From: Phaeosaccion multiseriatum
Taxonomy: Eukaryota; Protista; Ochrophyta, other classes
NCBI GenBank assembly: GCA_965112735.1
Contig: OZ218956.1
Location: 3,410,001 to 3,474,000 of the forward strand
Length of the DNA: 64,000 nt
Reading direction: 5' to 3'
Under the pieces are notes generated by a model. That model ran no database searches. It was given only the letters and a program-made list of their open reading frames with translations, and was not told the DNA's origin. The translations under genes and the position numbers were made by a program. This document shows, one piece after another, positions 14,105-37,459 of the stretch. Numbering within the stretch: the stretch's first letter is position 1; every line of letters begins with the position of its first letter.

Positions 14105-17087
14105 TCATTCTCCTCCCCATTCACAGTCCTCCTCCATCTTCTTCTCCTCTTCCCGCGAGCGCTCATGAGCGCCAGCAGAACCGCCCTTCCCCTTCTCCTC
14201 CACCTCCTCCTCCTCGTGCTGCTGCCCCACCTCTCCCCTTCGGAATCCTTCCTCTTCATCCTCCTCCTCCTGCCCTCGCCCCATCCTGAGTCCCTCATCT
14301 TCCTCCTCCCTGTCTCCCCCCTCCTGCTGAGAGGGAAACCCCCCTCCTCCCACTGGCGGTGGCGGATGGGGGGGAAGCATAACGCCAGATGTAACGCCAG
14401 GTGTAACGCCAGGTGTAACGCCAGATGGTGGCAAGGACCCCACCCCAAACAGCCCCCCTCCGTAGTGGTATGGCGAGGAAGACACGGGAACGGGAGCATG
14501 AAACACCCCCCCCGTCGGCCCGCTGTGGCGGCTGTGTGAGGACGTATCAAAGGAGGGGGGACGCATGCTCATGCCCATGTGCTCCCAATGGGATGCGGCC
14601 CCCGCACCCCCCACCCCCACCCCTACTGGCCAGCCACCACCAGACCCCGATGAGCGCGAATCGTAGAGGTGCTGCTGCATCACCACCCCCTGCTGCTGCT
14701 GGTGCCACTGCTCGCTCTCAAACCGTTGCTGCTGTCGCTGCCTTGTGTAGGCCGCACTCGCAGCCGACCCTTGCCGCCGATTGTGGTGATTGAAGGAGTC
14801 GCTGCCCTTGCCCTTCTTCTTGCTTAGCCCTGCCCTCGCCAGCCCGACCGCTAGGCCTCTCGCACTCAACTGGCGACTGCTGCCTATGCCCCTGCCCGTA
14901 GCACCACCACCCCTACCACTCTTCCCACTACTCACACCGCTGCCGACGCTCCCTCCGCTGACACAGCTATTAGCGCTGCCGCTACGGCTCAGCTCCGAGT
15001 GCCCCCGGGTCAAGCCGCTTACGCCGCTCATGTCTGACTTGTGTCGCCTCCTGTTGCTCGAGCCACCATCACTGCCCGCACCACTACCGCTGTCCATCCC
15101 GGCAGCATCGCCGTTAAGAGCAAAGAGCCTGTGGGGGTGCCGCCCTCGTCCGCCTCGATGGCGGGGCGGGGTAATGGTTGGTGCTGTTGCTGTGCCTATT
15201 GGTGCACCACCGCCGTTAGAGTCGTCGCCAGCACCATCCCCTTGTTGTTGTTGTTGTTGTTGCTGCTGCTTATCGGGAGGTGTTCTGTACCATCTGTTCG
15301 GAGAGCCCTTTCGAATGCCCTTTTGGGAGGACGAGGATAGAGCAGCAGCAGCAGCAGCAGGAGAGGCACCGGACCCCGGTGGGGCAGTAGAGCAGCTGGA
15401 CCCATGGGGGTGGGCACGAGATCCATCCCCGCTGTTGTCGGAGCCCCCCCGGGAATCGTCCGATTCGTGGCCTGAGAAGGCTTCGTCGCGCTCGGAGTAA
15501 CAGTCATCAAAGTTCAATCCTTTGTGCTTGTCGTCGCACATGGAGCCACAGCGAATGAGTCTGGATAACCCGCACATGGCTGCGGTGACGCAAATAATAG
15601 CGTGAAATAAAAACACGCCGCTCATACTCTTGATGTCGAGCGATGTAGCGCCGAGTTCACTTGAGGACTCAACGGTGGAGGCGTAAAAGGACGTGCAGTC
15701 CGGGTTGTTGTTGATGCCGTCAATGTAGGTGGTGAAAGCGCGGGTGAGATGCCCCTGTTCGAACAATTGGGCCTGCAGCACCCCAATCACGCTACCCACA
15801 AAGGCCGTGCACTTATCCAACTGGTTAAGGTCGGACTCGACGGCGAAGGACCCTCCGTAGAGCTGTGGAATGAGGAGATGAGAGAGAAAGAGAGAGAGAG
15901 ACAGCGAGAGAGAGAGAGAGAGAGACACACGGAGAGAGAGGGAGAGGGTGAGATACATAGATAGAGATAGAGTGTATTGTGTGTGTGTTGGTGCGTCGGG
16001 TATGTTGTTGTGCGTGCGTGGCGTCGTCGCCAACCCTATGCGGTCTCTTTTCGGCAACTCACAACTTACAACAGTGTACAGTGTGCGTGCAAGTGCTTGT
16101 ACACGCACCCACAACCCACGCACGCACCCACAACCCACGCACGCACCCACAACCCACGCACGCACCCACAACCCACGCACGCACCCACAACCCACGCACG
16201 CACCTACAACCCACGCGCGCACCCACTTACCTCGATCTGAGCCCCGACGAACTTCGCCGAGCAAGTAGGGTTGGACTCACGCTGAGGTGGGGAGGGGCGA
16301 AGAGAAGAGAAGAGAAGAGAAGAGAAGAGAAGAGAAGAGGGAGGGAGGGAGAGAGTGGGAGATTGATAGAGAGGGAGGGGGGGGGGGGGGGGTGAGAGAG
16401 AGAGAGTGACCAAGGGAAAAAGAGAGAGGCACACACGCACACACACTCACGCGCCCACACCCACCCGCACACCCACCCGCACCCACGCACCCACACGCAC
16501 GCACTTTGACCATGAGGGACTTGAGCTGAGCAAACGTCCCCACAACGCCCACGCACTCGCCAGATGCGATGCTGTTGAACATCTCTGAGCCCGGCACCTG
16601 AGTGAGTGAGTGAGTGGGTGAGTGGGTAGGTGGGTGAGTGGGTGGGTGGGTGAGTGAGTGAGTGAGGGGGTGAGTGAGTGAGTGAGTGGGTGTGTGGTCG
16701 AGTGAGTGGGTGAGGAGGGAGGGAGGGAGGGAGTCAGTGAGTGAGTGAGTGAATGAGGAGTGAGTGAGTGAGTGAGTGAGTGAGTGAGTGAGTGAGTGAG
16801 TGAGTGAGTGAGTGAGTGAGTGAGTGGGTCAGGAGCGAGGGAGTGAGGGAGTGAGTGAGTGAGTGAGTGAGTGAGTGATACCTCGATGTAGCGGAGGGCG
16901 GGGCCGTAGAAGGCAGGCACCACATCGACAGTGGTGGAGCCTGCTCTGATGCAGATTGTGTCAACGTTGGTAATGGCGGACTGAGAGAGAGAGATGGTGT
17001 GTGTGTGTGGGGGGGGGGGAGAGGTGGAGGGAGGGAAGGAGGGGAGGTGGGAGAGGGAGAGGTAGGGGGAGAGAGGGTCAGAGAGAA

Positions 17088-17121
<34 letters not shown>

Positions 17122-19366
17122 GAAACGAAATCAGCAGCAAGCGAGAGGAAAACGGGAGAGCGACACAGAGCGGGCTGTTACAGAAGACAAGAAGACACTC
17201 TTCACGGAGGTTACTCGTCAGTGACGCACTTACATCGACTGAGCTCATGCGCAGGACGTTTCCCTCCTCCTGCGTGAGGAACGAGGCCATGTTGGCGGTG
17301 TAACTGTAGCGGCAGATGGAGGGCGAGGGGAAGCTGAATCAGGGCATACCATAGAGGACGCATACTTCTCGATGAAACGCACGAAACGCACGAACTAACC
17401 TGGCCACAAGGATGAGGACCACGAAGGACCAGCTCCAGCCGAAGAGACGCCCCGACAGGGACGACGGACTCCAAGTCGCCACTTGGGTGAACGTCGTGGC
17501 GGACAGGTATAGCGACTGGGGGGACGGAGTGAGAGGGAGGGAGGGAGGGGGGGAGGGGGGGGGAGAGAGATGGAGAAAGAAATGTGAGATGTGTGTGAGT
17601 AAAAGACAGAGAGGGGGGGGGGGAGAGAAAGAGAGAGCAAGAGAGAGGGATGGAGAGACAGAGCGAGAGACGTCAAGTGTGGTGTGGTGTGATGCGACAG
17701 TGTGTGACTGACAGCACGTACGACACACGAACTCGTACGTAACCCTACGTACCATGCTGAGCGAGGCGAGCATGCCCCGGGGGGGAAGGTGCTGGGCAGC
17801 CACCTCCGGAATGAGCTCGTCCTCCTCCGTGAAGCATCCTAAGAACACACGCACACATATAAACACAAACGCAAGACAAAGAGGCCGTTACGGAATTGAA
17901 TACTCCGTGCTCCTCCCCCTCCCTCCTCCGTCCCTCCACTGCCATCCCTCACCATTGGCCTGGCACGCTAAGTACTTAGGCTTGTGTTGCCGGAAGGAGC
18001 CGTAGTCCTTACTGGACTCCACTCCGTGCTCGTACATGTACATCACTATGGCCGTCAGCACCTGGTGTCAGGAGATGGCAGGAGGTGGCAGGTGTCGGGG
18101 AGAGGGAAGGCGTGTGTGTGTGTGTGTGTGTGCGTGTGTGCGTGTGTGTGCGGGTGGGTGTTTGTGTGTGGGGGTAGTTGGGAGAAGGAATTTGGGAGAA
18201 GGAAGAGGCATATACGCTGTGATGGAAGTGCCTCTACCCCTCTCTCTCCTCTCTGCCTCTCTGCTTCTTGTGCCTCTCTTCCCTCTGTCCCTCCGCCTCT
18301 CTCCTTCAGATTGGTTTAGTGTGCACACCTTCACGCCTTCCACAAGACAGATTGGCAGACTGACAGACAGAGAGAAGAGAGAAAGACAGACTGACAGACA
18401 GAGGAAGAGAGAAACAGACAAAGACTGACAGAGAGAGAAAGAGAGAGCACGCAGACCGAAACATACCCTTACACTCACCCACCCATCCACACACCCACCC
18501 ACCCACCCCCCCCCCCACACACACGCACACGTTCCCCTTACCTTGAAAAGCAAGATGTAACCCCACAGGCCCCAGGAGAAGGGCTTGAAGAAGTTGAGTA
18601 GCTCCTCCACATAGCTCTTGGCGGTGGACTCCTCCATTGTCACGGCGTACAGCGAGGTATCGAGGAAGTGGAAGGGAAAAAGAATGCCCTGCTCCCTGCG
18701 CGAAGCCGTGTCCAGGAACCAGATACCCACCATGTCGACGTGAGGGACAACATTCGTCAGCCAGTCGTTCCACGTCTCCCCCAGGTAGACGTTGGGCCCA
18801 TTGATGGCCACAGGCACCACTGTAAAGTTGCCGAGCGCAGCCGTCTGCACGAGGACGTCTATCATGAGGCCTCCAGTGAAGGTGCTCGTAGCAGCGTCGT
18901 AATCTACCATGGGGTGCAGAGGGTCAACTGCAACAGTGACCTCCCGACCGGAGAGGGCATGCATGAAGTTCACGCTGCCGCTGTCCGTGCTGACGGCCAG
19001 GTCGCACCAGTTGTTCTGCGCGTGAATATGCTCGGTGTAGTGGTCCCAGCGCATATTCTCGACCAGAGAGAACTGACCTGCGACCATCACCTGCCCACCA
19101 GGCAAGGAGCCCAGCCCGCCCAGCAGGGCAAGCAGGAGTAGCAGCAGCAGCGAAGGCCTTGGCTTCGGCTGAAAAACCTTTATACCCCGCCTCGTTGCAG
19201 AACAAGTGCGCCCTCGCGGCTGCTCCTGCTGCTGCGGCTGCTGCTGCGGCTGCTGCTGCTTCTGCGGGTGTTGACATCCCCCGCTCTGGAGCACGTCTCG
19301 GCCTCTCCCCGCTAAGTCAAGCTCACCAACCCCCACGTATCGACCATCTCGACTCCGCCTAGGCAT
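14105..19366 (-). CDS. Ionotropic glutamate receptor-like (GLR) ligand-gated channel, about 9 exons
   Basis: Hydrophobic leader; S1 lobe (GLMIDVL...DTASRREQGILF); M1 (FFKPFSWGLWGYILLF); pore region; M3 gate SYTANMASFL (canonical SYTANLAAF); S2; M4 (LDIKSMSGVFLFHAIICV); long low-complexity C-tail. Start codon uncertain. Confidence 0.88.
16600..16877. repeat. (GAGT)n microsatellite filling an entire iGluR intron
   Basis: Directly visible; similar arrays at 21494-21731 and 21969-22250. Confidence 0.9.
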
Positions 19367-19873
19367 CTCTCCCCTCGATGCACTCACAACCCTCCACCCG
19401 TTGCTGTGGATGTCATTGGGGGAGGTATCTTCCCGTCATCGTCTTCCGTCTCCCTCCCTCTCTCCCCTCTCTCCTCTCTTGCTCTGCTCTTAGTTCAGAC
19501 CACCAGCAGTAGCAGACAAGTTGTAAGTAGCAGAAAGAGGGATTGATGTAGGGCGGAGACACAGAGAGGAGCAAAAGCAAGGACGAAAGCCTAAACAGCA
19601 AACGAGGGAGGGGGCGGCAAAACGTGAAATCGATATCGATATACTATTTCGAGTTTGGAGTCGGTTGGGCATCGATACATTGTAGATCCAGGGAGAGACG
19701 GCAGAGCAATGATGCAGGGATGGGAAAGCGTGCTTCTTTCAACTTTCAACCACGCAGCTGTTGCCGGGCCGTTGCCCTAATCCCTTCCTGGGTGTTAGGC
19801 CACACACTCGGCTGCAACTACGGCTACTGCTGCCGTTGTCTCAGCAACTACTACAACTACTAGACTACTCCTC

Positions 19874-19917
<44 letters not shown>

Positions 19918-20490
19918 GCGCTTGACTCTCCCATTGTTCCAACCCCGACATCCTCTTGTTTTCGTCTTCCTTTCTTGCTGGGTTTGATTCGTCCTTTAGC
20001 AGGTATCCCACCACCCCCGCACCGTCTCCGTTATGAACATCGTATGGGAGCCAAGCCCACGCGTCAATCTGCCTCGTCCGTATCTCTCCGACAGGACCGA
20101 CCGAGGGAGGCAGTCTCCTCCACAATCTCCACTGTCTGTCTATCATACCTCCAACATTCACCCGCCCTGCCTGCCTCCCTGGGCTGTGGACCCCCCCTCT
20201 CCTCCCCTCCCCTCCCCTCCCCTCCCTCTCCCTCTCCTCTCCGTAGGCACCAATCCTCATCCTTCCATCCTTGGCCACACACGCACGCACACACGCACGC
20301 ACACACGCACGCACACGCGCCCGCAGCACACACGCATGCGCCCGCAGCAGCCGATTGGCCCTGCCCTTGACCCATACAATCAACCCTTGACCCGAGCCAT
20401 TCAAGCCACTTCCATCATCATCATAATCATCATCATCATCATCTCGCTCCAATACCGCCCGCGTCTCCGTCCTTCCCCTCACCGCGCCCC

Positions 20491-23400
20491 TTACTCCATC
20501 GGCAAGAGGGCCTCGAGCTCATCCGCCTCCTCATAATCGTCATCGTCATCGTCGTCCTCTCCCTGCTTGCGGGCATAATTGGCCGTCGTCACAGCATGAA
20601 GAGCGCGCGAGTCATCGGAATAGCACTCTCCGAGGGCATCGGGGTCGGTGGGGAACCACTCTGGCTGCCCGAAGATCCAGTCCTCGATGTTCTCGCCCAG
20701 CTCCTCGCTCAGCACGAGCTTCCACGAGCGGGTGAATGCGTAGTTCCAGTTTGACCGAACCTTCACGAACTCCTGTTTGTGTTTGTTATTGTACGTTCAT
20801 TACAACATCAGAGGGTATATGAGAGGTTGTGAGAGGTTTGTATGTGAAGAGGAGTGGGCGACATTTATGAGAGGCGTATGGCGAGAGTATTGCACAACAC
20901 CACGACCCCCACCATTCCTCCCCCCCCCCCCCCTTCCTCCCTGCTCCTTCTGCCGCCATCCATCCATTGCCATCCATTGCCATCTGTGCCATACATACCT
21001 CTCCCTCCCTCTTTCTCTGCCCATCTCTGTCTCTCTCTTTCTCTCCCCCTACCACGCCCGCCCCTGACTTCTCTCTCTTCCATCTCCCCCCCCCTCCCTC
21101 CCTCCCTCTCCCTCCCTCTCCCTCCCTCCCTCTCCCTCTCCCTCCCTCCCTCTCCCTCTCCGTCCCTCCCTCTCTCTCCCTCTCTCTCCCTCCCTCCCTC
21201 TCCCTCCCTCTCCCTCTCCCTCCCTCTCCCTCCCTCCCTCGCTCTCCCTCTCCCTCCCTCTCTCCCGCCCCCACATTCCCTCTCCCTGTCTCCCTTCCTC
21301 CTCCGCCCCCCCCCTTCCCTCCCTCTCCGTGCACCCACCTGCTCAGTGAGAGTGGTCTTGCCAGCCCAGGACATCTGATGCCAGGTCCTCCTCAGGAAGG
21401 TGATGGCGTCCTGGGTGGCCTTTTCCATGCGCTCACGAGTCTTCTCAGCATCCACCTGAGGCGGTTTCAGGATGTTGAGCGAGAGAGAGGGTCAGTGAGT
21501 GAGTGAGTGAGTGAGTGGGTGGGTGGGTAGGAGTGAGTGAGTGAGTGAGTGAGTGAGTGAGTGAGTGAATGAGTGAATGAGTGAGTAAGTGAGTGGGTGG
21601 GAGTGAGTGAGTGAATGAGTGAGTGAGTGGGAGTGAGTGGGTGGGTGGGAGTGAGTGAGTGAGTGAGTGAGTGAGTGAGTGAGTGGGTGGGTGGGTGAAT
21701 GAGTGAGTGGGTGACGGGTGAGTGAGTGAGTAAGCGAGTGCGTTCAACTGAGCTAGAAGGAAAGTGTGTGCATGTACTTCATTCAGGTACAGGGGTGTAC
21801 GGGTGATAAAAGCGAGAGAGACTTCTTGAAGCAAGTAACGTGCTCGCTCACCTCGGGAGTCTCCCTGCTCTCCTTCACCCACTTGTCAATATCCTCCTTG
21901 GTGCTAGCCTGGATCTTGTTGCGCTCCATCTGCCTCCTCTCCTCAGCAGTGCTGTTCTTGCGCAGCTGGGGTGAGTGAGTGAGGGGGTGGGCGAGTGAGT
22001 GGGAGGGTGAGTGGATGTGTGAGTGAGTGAGTGAGTGAGTGAGTGAGTGAGGGGTGGGGTGAGTGAGTGAGAGGGTGAGTGGATGTGTGAGTGAGTGAGT
22101 GAGTGAGTGAGGGGGTGGGCGAGTGAGTGAGAGGGTGAGTGCATGTGTGAGTGAGTGAGTGAGTGAGTGAGTGAGTGAGTGAGGGGGTGGGTGAGTGAGT
22201 GAGTGGGTGAGATAGAGTGGATGGGTGAGTGAGTAAGCGAGCGAGTGTGTGATGATTGGGTGAGGGAGGAATGAGTAACTCACCTCCCACTCGTCTGCGA
22301 AGGGGATAAGTTCTCCGTCGAACATGCCCTCGTACTCCTCCCTGATTCCCTTGCCTGTTGGTGGTGTGCGAGTGTTGTGTGGTATGGTGTAGGGAGAGAG
22401 AGAGAGAGAGACAGAGATGGAGGTGTGATGTGGTGTAACCCGGGAGCGGCAACAGCAACGGGGGTGTTGTGAGGGTGAGGTTCGTTAAGTACGTAAGAGG
22501 TCAGTAGAGAAGTTCAGAGCAGAGCCCCCCCTAAGAAGAAGGCGGCAGGCCCGGGATCCGTCCATCCTCTCTCTCTGTGTGTGTGTGTGTGTGTGCGTGC
22601 GTTCGTACGTGCCTCTGTTGTACTATCACATGGCTCTGTTGTCTCCCCCCCCCCCCCCATCTCTCTCACACACGCCCTGTCCTGGCCCTCATGCCATCAT
22701 GCCCCCACCGTATGCCTCCACTCATCCACCCACCCATCCACTGCCACCCCCCCCCTCCATCCACTGCCATCTCCTCTCACCTTGCCTACGGCAGTCGTCC
22801 AGGTAGGCGATGTCAAGCTCCGACCCCATGGTGAAAGATACGAACCTATCCGTGGCGTTGTTGATCATCAGCGTCTGAGGCGTGGAGGGGGGGTGGGGAG
22901 GAGGAGGAGGAGGAGGAGGAAGCGAAAGATGGTGAGCGTGAGGGAGCGTACACACACACACGGCATCAATCTTAGGGTATCATTCACTTGATCCTATGCA
23001 CCTCCTTCTCCCTCTCCCTCCCTCTCTCTCCTCTCCCTCCCTCCCTCTCTCCTCTCTCTCCCTGCCTATTCTCCCTATCCCCATTGCCCTGCCGTATGGC
23101 CTATGACGACGACTGCACAACCCAAACAACCAAGTCGAAGAACCAACTTGCTCACTTACCTCTGCTGCGAATCTGACCATGTCATCCCTGGGGATGCTGT
23201 CGTCCTCAACCTTGACGGTGGGGTTGAGGGAGATGTGGAAAGCCTGCCCAGGCGCATCGTCAGTCATCTGAAGGCAAGACAGGAGGGGGGCAACACACAG
23301 ATACAGACACAGGGGAAGAGAGAAGGGGGGGGGGGGGGGTCCGAGTGAGTGAGAGCTGGGGGGCGCGGGACGTCCGAGTGAGTCCAGAGGCGGACGCGCT

Positions 23401-24491
23401 TGGGAGAGCAGGGTTGGGTATGATGGGCAGGCAGGGGCTCTGTCGGACAGGCGGAGGCAGGCGGACTACCTTGGGCCACTTGCCCCTACCTCACTGGCCC
23501 CAAAGCAGGATGGCCAAGCGAAGAGAGAGGCGTGAGGGTTGGATGGAGTTAAAACAGCAGAGCGGGAGAGAGCATACCAACCCTGCTGCTTACAGGCAGC
23601 CCCCCCCCCCTCCCTCTGTCCCTCCTACACAAGCTTCGGTCGGTCGGGCAGTTTGGCTCTTCGCTTCCCTTCCGCTCATCTCAGGAGTCATGCCAGTCTC
23701 TTCTCCGCCACCTCCGCTCCCTCCGCTGAGTCGCTCACCTTGCCGGTTCGGATGAAAGTATAGTCCTTGATCTTCTTGAGGCCGCTCAGCTTGTCCTTGC
23801 GAGCGTCGATTTCCTCCCCGGTCATCTGCGAGGTCATAATGACGTGCTTGACCTCCGCAGTCTGCGCCGCCTCAATGAGGCCCTCCAACTTGTCCTTATC
23901 CGCATCAAAGCACAGCCACGCGTCGCACCCCTTCAGCTTCTCGGTCATGACCTTGCCATCGTTCCTGTCCCCCTCCTCGAACTCCAGCTTGTCCAGCAAA
24001 CCCGTGTAGCGGGCACTGCGAGACACGAGACGCTTACGCGCGAAGGCCGCGTCTTTGCAGAAGCAATTGATCTTCGTCCACACCTTCTGCGAGTGGAGGA
24101 TGTCAAAGATGAGCTGGTCCTGCTTGTCCGACTCCTCCATGAAGCCGCTCACCAGCACCGTGCCCCCCTGCTGCCTTGGTGGGGCCTTGGCAGGCTTGGG
24201 CGGCATCTCGCTCTTGCTCTTGCCAGCGTCATTATAGCTGTAAGTCTGGGTTGGCTCGAAGGTGATATCAAACAACTTCGTCGACCCCGTGTGCCCCTTC
24301 TTTGCCTGGTGCATCGCCCGCCCTGTCCGTCGCAGGCTGTCGACGCTATTTACCACCCTGCTGCCCGCGGCGGGCGAGCGGACAGGCGCAACCCCGTGCG
24401 GCACAAATCCTCTGACACATACGCTGACTCCGATTACCGCCGCCGCCGTCAAAAGCAGCCCTGCGCCGCTTCTGGAGCGTCTGATCGCCAT
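20491..24491 (-). CDS. Plastid-targeted NAD(P)-binding Rossmann-like protein with C-terminal extension (multi-exon)
   Basis: Signal peptide (LLLTAAAVIGVSVCVRGF) + transit peptide. TVLVSGF, LIEAAQTAEVKHVI, YTFIRTGK and SIPRDDMVRFAAE resemble the atypical SDR/NAD(P)H-binding family. Exons continue to the stop at 20491. Confidence 0.7.
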
Positions 24492-24682
24492 GATGCTCAA
24501 CCCCACTTCTATTGCAGTGCAGTGCTCCTACCTGTGGTTTGTACAGGGTATGGCTGGTTTCTTTCTTTTGGCAAGTCAAAAGCGCAGAACGGGGCCACCC
24601 CGGGAGAATCACAGCGGCCGCGGAGAACCACCTTTGCTCCTTCTCCTTCATTCCTTTCCTTTTACACTCTACTCTCGATACC

Positions 24683-25680
24683 ATGGACACTACAACGGGG
24701 TCTACGGGAACCGCAGGAGGTGCCGCAGGAGAAGCAGCAGTAGAGGACCAAAACTTGGACAAGACCTTCATCGACCCCCTGAAGCACCGAGAGATCGGGG
24801 GCGATGCGGTGTGGTCTCTGTCGACAGCCAAGCCGGGGAACGGGATCGAGCAGATCAGGGACGATGACTTGGAGTCGTACTGGCAGTCCGATGGCACGCA
24901 GCCGCACCTCATCAACGTGCAATTCATCAAGAAGGTGACCATCGAGCAAGTCTCGCTGTACCTGGACTACACCTCGGACGAGGTGAGAAGAGGAGGAGGT
25001 GGAACTGTTCTTGCATGTGTATGTGTGTGTGTGTGTGTGTTTGTGTGTGTGTATGTGTGTGTCTGTATGTGTGTGTGTGTTAGGAGAGATAGGGGGGAAT
25101 CGGGAGGAAAGAGCGGCGCCACTGAGCTTGCTGCAAACCTGTCATCTTTTCAAACCCCGCTTTTCGCCAGGCCTACCACTAAACCTGTGTGTCCCCCATC
25201 TTCGGCAACAACACGCGCGCAACGCATTCTCCCACTTTCGCTGCTGGTGCATCTGTCTTGCTTCTCCCCTCCCTCCGTCCGTCCGTCACTCCCTCCCTCC
25301 CTCCCTCCCTCCCTCCCTCCCTTCCCGTCGTCCCCTCGTGCCTTCGTCCCCTGCCTCCTCCTCCACAGAGCTACACGCCCAAGAAGCTCTCCTTCCGCGT
25401 GGGCAACACCTTTCACGACCTTGTCGAGGTCAAGGTGGTAGAGCTTCACGAGCCTGTGGGGTGGAAGACAGTGGCCCTCTTCTCACAGGGTGGCACCCTT
25501 GGACCTGGGCACAGGTCTGCCAGCCCTGTCAGGGCACATCTGCTGCAGATCTGTGTGTTAAACATGCATCAGAACGGAAGAGACACGCACGTGCGCCAGG
25601 TGAAGGTGTTCGGGCCTCGCCACGCGGGGGTGCAGGACAGCTTTTCCACCCTGGAGTTCCAACAGTTCAACACCATTCGC

Positions 25681-25683
<3 letters not shown>
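24683..25683 (+). CDS. APC10: Anaphase-promoting complex subunit 10 (DOC1), 2 exons
   Basis: [52 protein letters not shown] and C-terminal IR tail; intron 24983-25368. Confidence 0.97.
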
Positions 25684-25716
<33 letters not shown>

Positions 25717-27085
25717 CGAAACGTGTATCTTGATGCGTGCTCTGATGTGATGATGGTCATGGGATGGGACGGATCGGCGCACATATGGGACGGTGGGTGG
25801 GTAGATAGATAGGTAGGTAGGTCTTTCGTTTGTTTGGTTCTGGTTGGTTGCTGGTCAGAGAGAGGGGAGTCGCGAGACGCCGCACCACTGGCTTCTTGCT
25901 GCTGCTGCGGTGACGCTCGAGAAAGCGCATCGATTTTCTTTAGAAGCCAAGGTATTGGAAGGGAAAAGTCGAGGGAGCTGCTGCTGCATGGAGGCCGCCA
26001 CTTGTACAGTCGGCTGTGTGTGGGGGGGGGGGTAGCGACGCCCAGCTCTGGGCAGAGGCGTACGGACAGGGTCACCCCCGCGTCTGCTATCTGGATGTCT
26101 GGTATTCGTTCCGATGGATCTCGACGACATGGAGTAGTTTGGATTGTTATGAGTCGCGCATGCATCGCTCCAAGGGTGGACGAAAGGTGAGGTGCGTGTA
26201 ACGTCCGCATTTCGGCTTTTCCGAGGCGGCATGTGGTGTCCCTTCCCCTGCCCCCCCCCTGCCTGGTGAGCTTGGGGGGCGGAGTGGGTGCATACGGCCC
26301 AACCTAGGGACTTAGCTGAGGCGGAGGCAGACAGGGCACTCTTCAGAAGGAGCGAAGGCAAGTGACGGCACTCTTCAAAGTGCATACTTGGACCATACAC
26401 GGCGGTGACGGGCTTGGTAGACGTCCTCTCCTTGGGCATTGGGTAATGGGTCTACTCAGCTCAGCCCAACCACCACACCCACCACCGGATCGCTCCAGCA
26501 CAAGGGGCAGAGGGAGAGAGAGTTCGATCGGACGAGTGCGAACGCACACACGCACGCACCACTGGGTTAAGGACTGGATGCATGCCTGCCAGGAGATGTT
26601 GCGGGGGTGAATCCTCTTGGTTGAAAGTGAAGCGCGAGTCCTTCCCTTCTTCCGAGGAGGTGAGGCCCACCCTCGCCAACGAGGGCGCACCCACAGAGAC
26701 CGAACGAAAAGAGACCATTCGTTGCTGGGAGACATCGGAGTCGATGCAGCGCAGCGCAGGAGAGCAGGCAGGCCTTGTAGGCTGGCGGACATACCAGTGC
26801 TCTCTCTCTCTCTCTCTGGCAGCAGATGGCAACAGATGGACGCGCAATGTTACACACAAGAAACGCTTGTTGCTCGGGTTGCTGCGCTGCGCCACGCGAG
26901 AGCAGTTTATAACAACAGTGGTTGTAGAATTAATCAATGATCTATCCACAAGTCAATCAAAGCAACACTAAAGCAGCACTCGCCCCGGGAGCACCGTGTG
27001 GGCTGACATACGAGTGAGTGTCAGGCAACAAAACACTGTCATCCCCCCCCCCCCCAACCATCCATTGTCATCCACCCCTCCCCTC

Positions 27086-31001
<3,916 letters not shown>

Positions 31002-31703
31002 TGGGCTGTTAGGGCCTCTTGCCACACCAGATAGAGGGTGTGAAAGCCGTGCGTGATAGGCAAATCTTCCCTGCTCTCGCTTGAGGCCACAAAAGGAAAA
31101 GCGGGCCCATACACCTCCATCCAGCCCAGGATTCCGGCCGCTCAACAGCGTCAATTCAAAGAAGAGGGGGAGACATAAGAGAAGAAAAAGAGCAGTGTAG
31201 AGAAGACGAGGTAGGTGGATTGCTCTTACTCTGCCCTCTACGCCTGCTGCTGCCGCTGCTGAGGCTGCTGCTGTTGTTGTTGCGGGTGCTGCTTCACAAT
31301 GCTGGTTGCAGTGAGACTTTGAGCATGAGAGGCTTGCTCGCGTCCAGATGGCTCATGATCAACACACCTTCTTCCCTCTCTCCCGCCGCTGTGCCTTTCC
31401 CACAGCACCCCTCCCTTATTGGTTTCCACTCCCCTCCCGTCTCTGCTCTCTCTTCGGCTCTTCTTCGCACTTCTGCCCTCCACATGTCCTTCCCCTTTCT
31501 TCACTGCGCTGCCTCTCTCTCCCTCTCTCTCATCCTCTCTCTCTCCACCCTCCCTCGTGCCCTTCCCACCGCGTTCCCTCTCCCTTCCCGTTCACACCGC
31601 TTCGAATCGCCTCCCACCCTCGAGTAAACAACCCCCGTGTTTCCGTATCCTTGGCCCCTTGCCCGTCGAATCTCTCGCCCGCCCCGCCCAGCAGAAAGCC
31701 ACC

Positions 31704-37169
<5,466 letters not shown>

Positions 37170-37415
37170 AGGTGAGGTGAGGTGAGGTGAGGTGAGGTGA
37201 AGTGCAAGTGAGGGTCCGAGCAGTTTGAGCCGTTGAGCTTTTTAAGAGGTATGTGAGCTGTGGAAGTGTGTGGAGCTGTTGAGCATCTGGAGCCATCTGT
37301 AGAGCTTTTTGAGCTGAGCTTGAGCAAAGAGGAGGAGCAGCTACCAGCAAAGGAGGAGGTAGAGAGAAGGCCTGCCGATGGACTGATGATTGATATGCAG
37401 GCAGGTAGACAGACT

Positions 37416-37459
<44 letters not shown>

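Noticed and set aside
25800-27000. Unique-sequence intergenic stretch with several 100-200 aa ORFs
   Set aside because: No recognisable domain, spliceable exon chain or RNA gene motif; not supportable as a gene.
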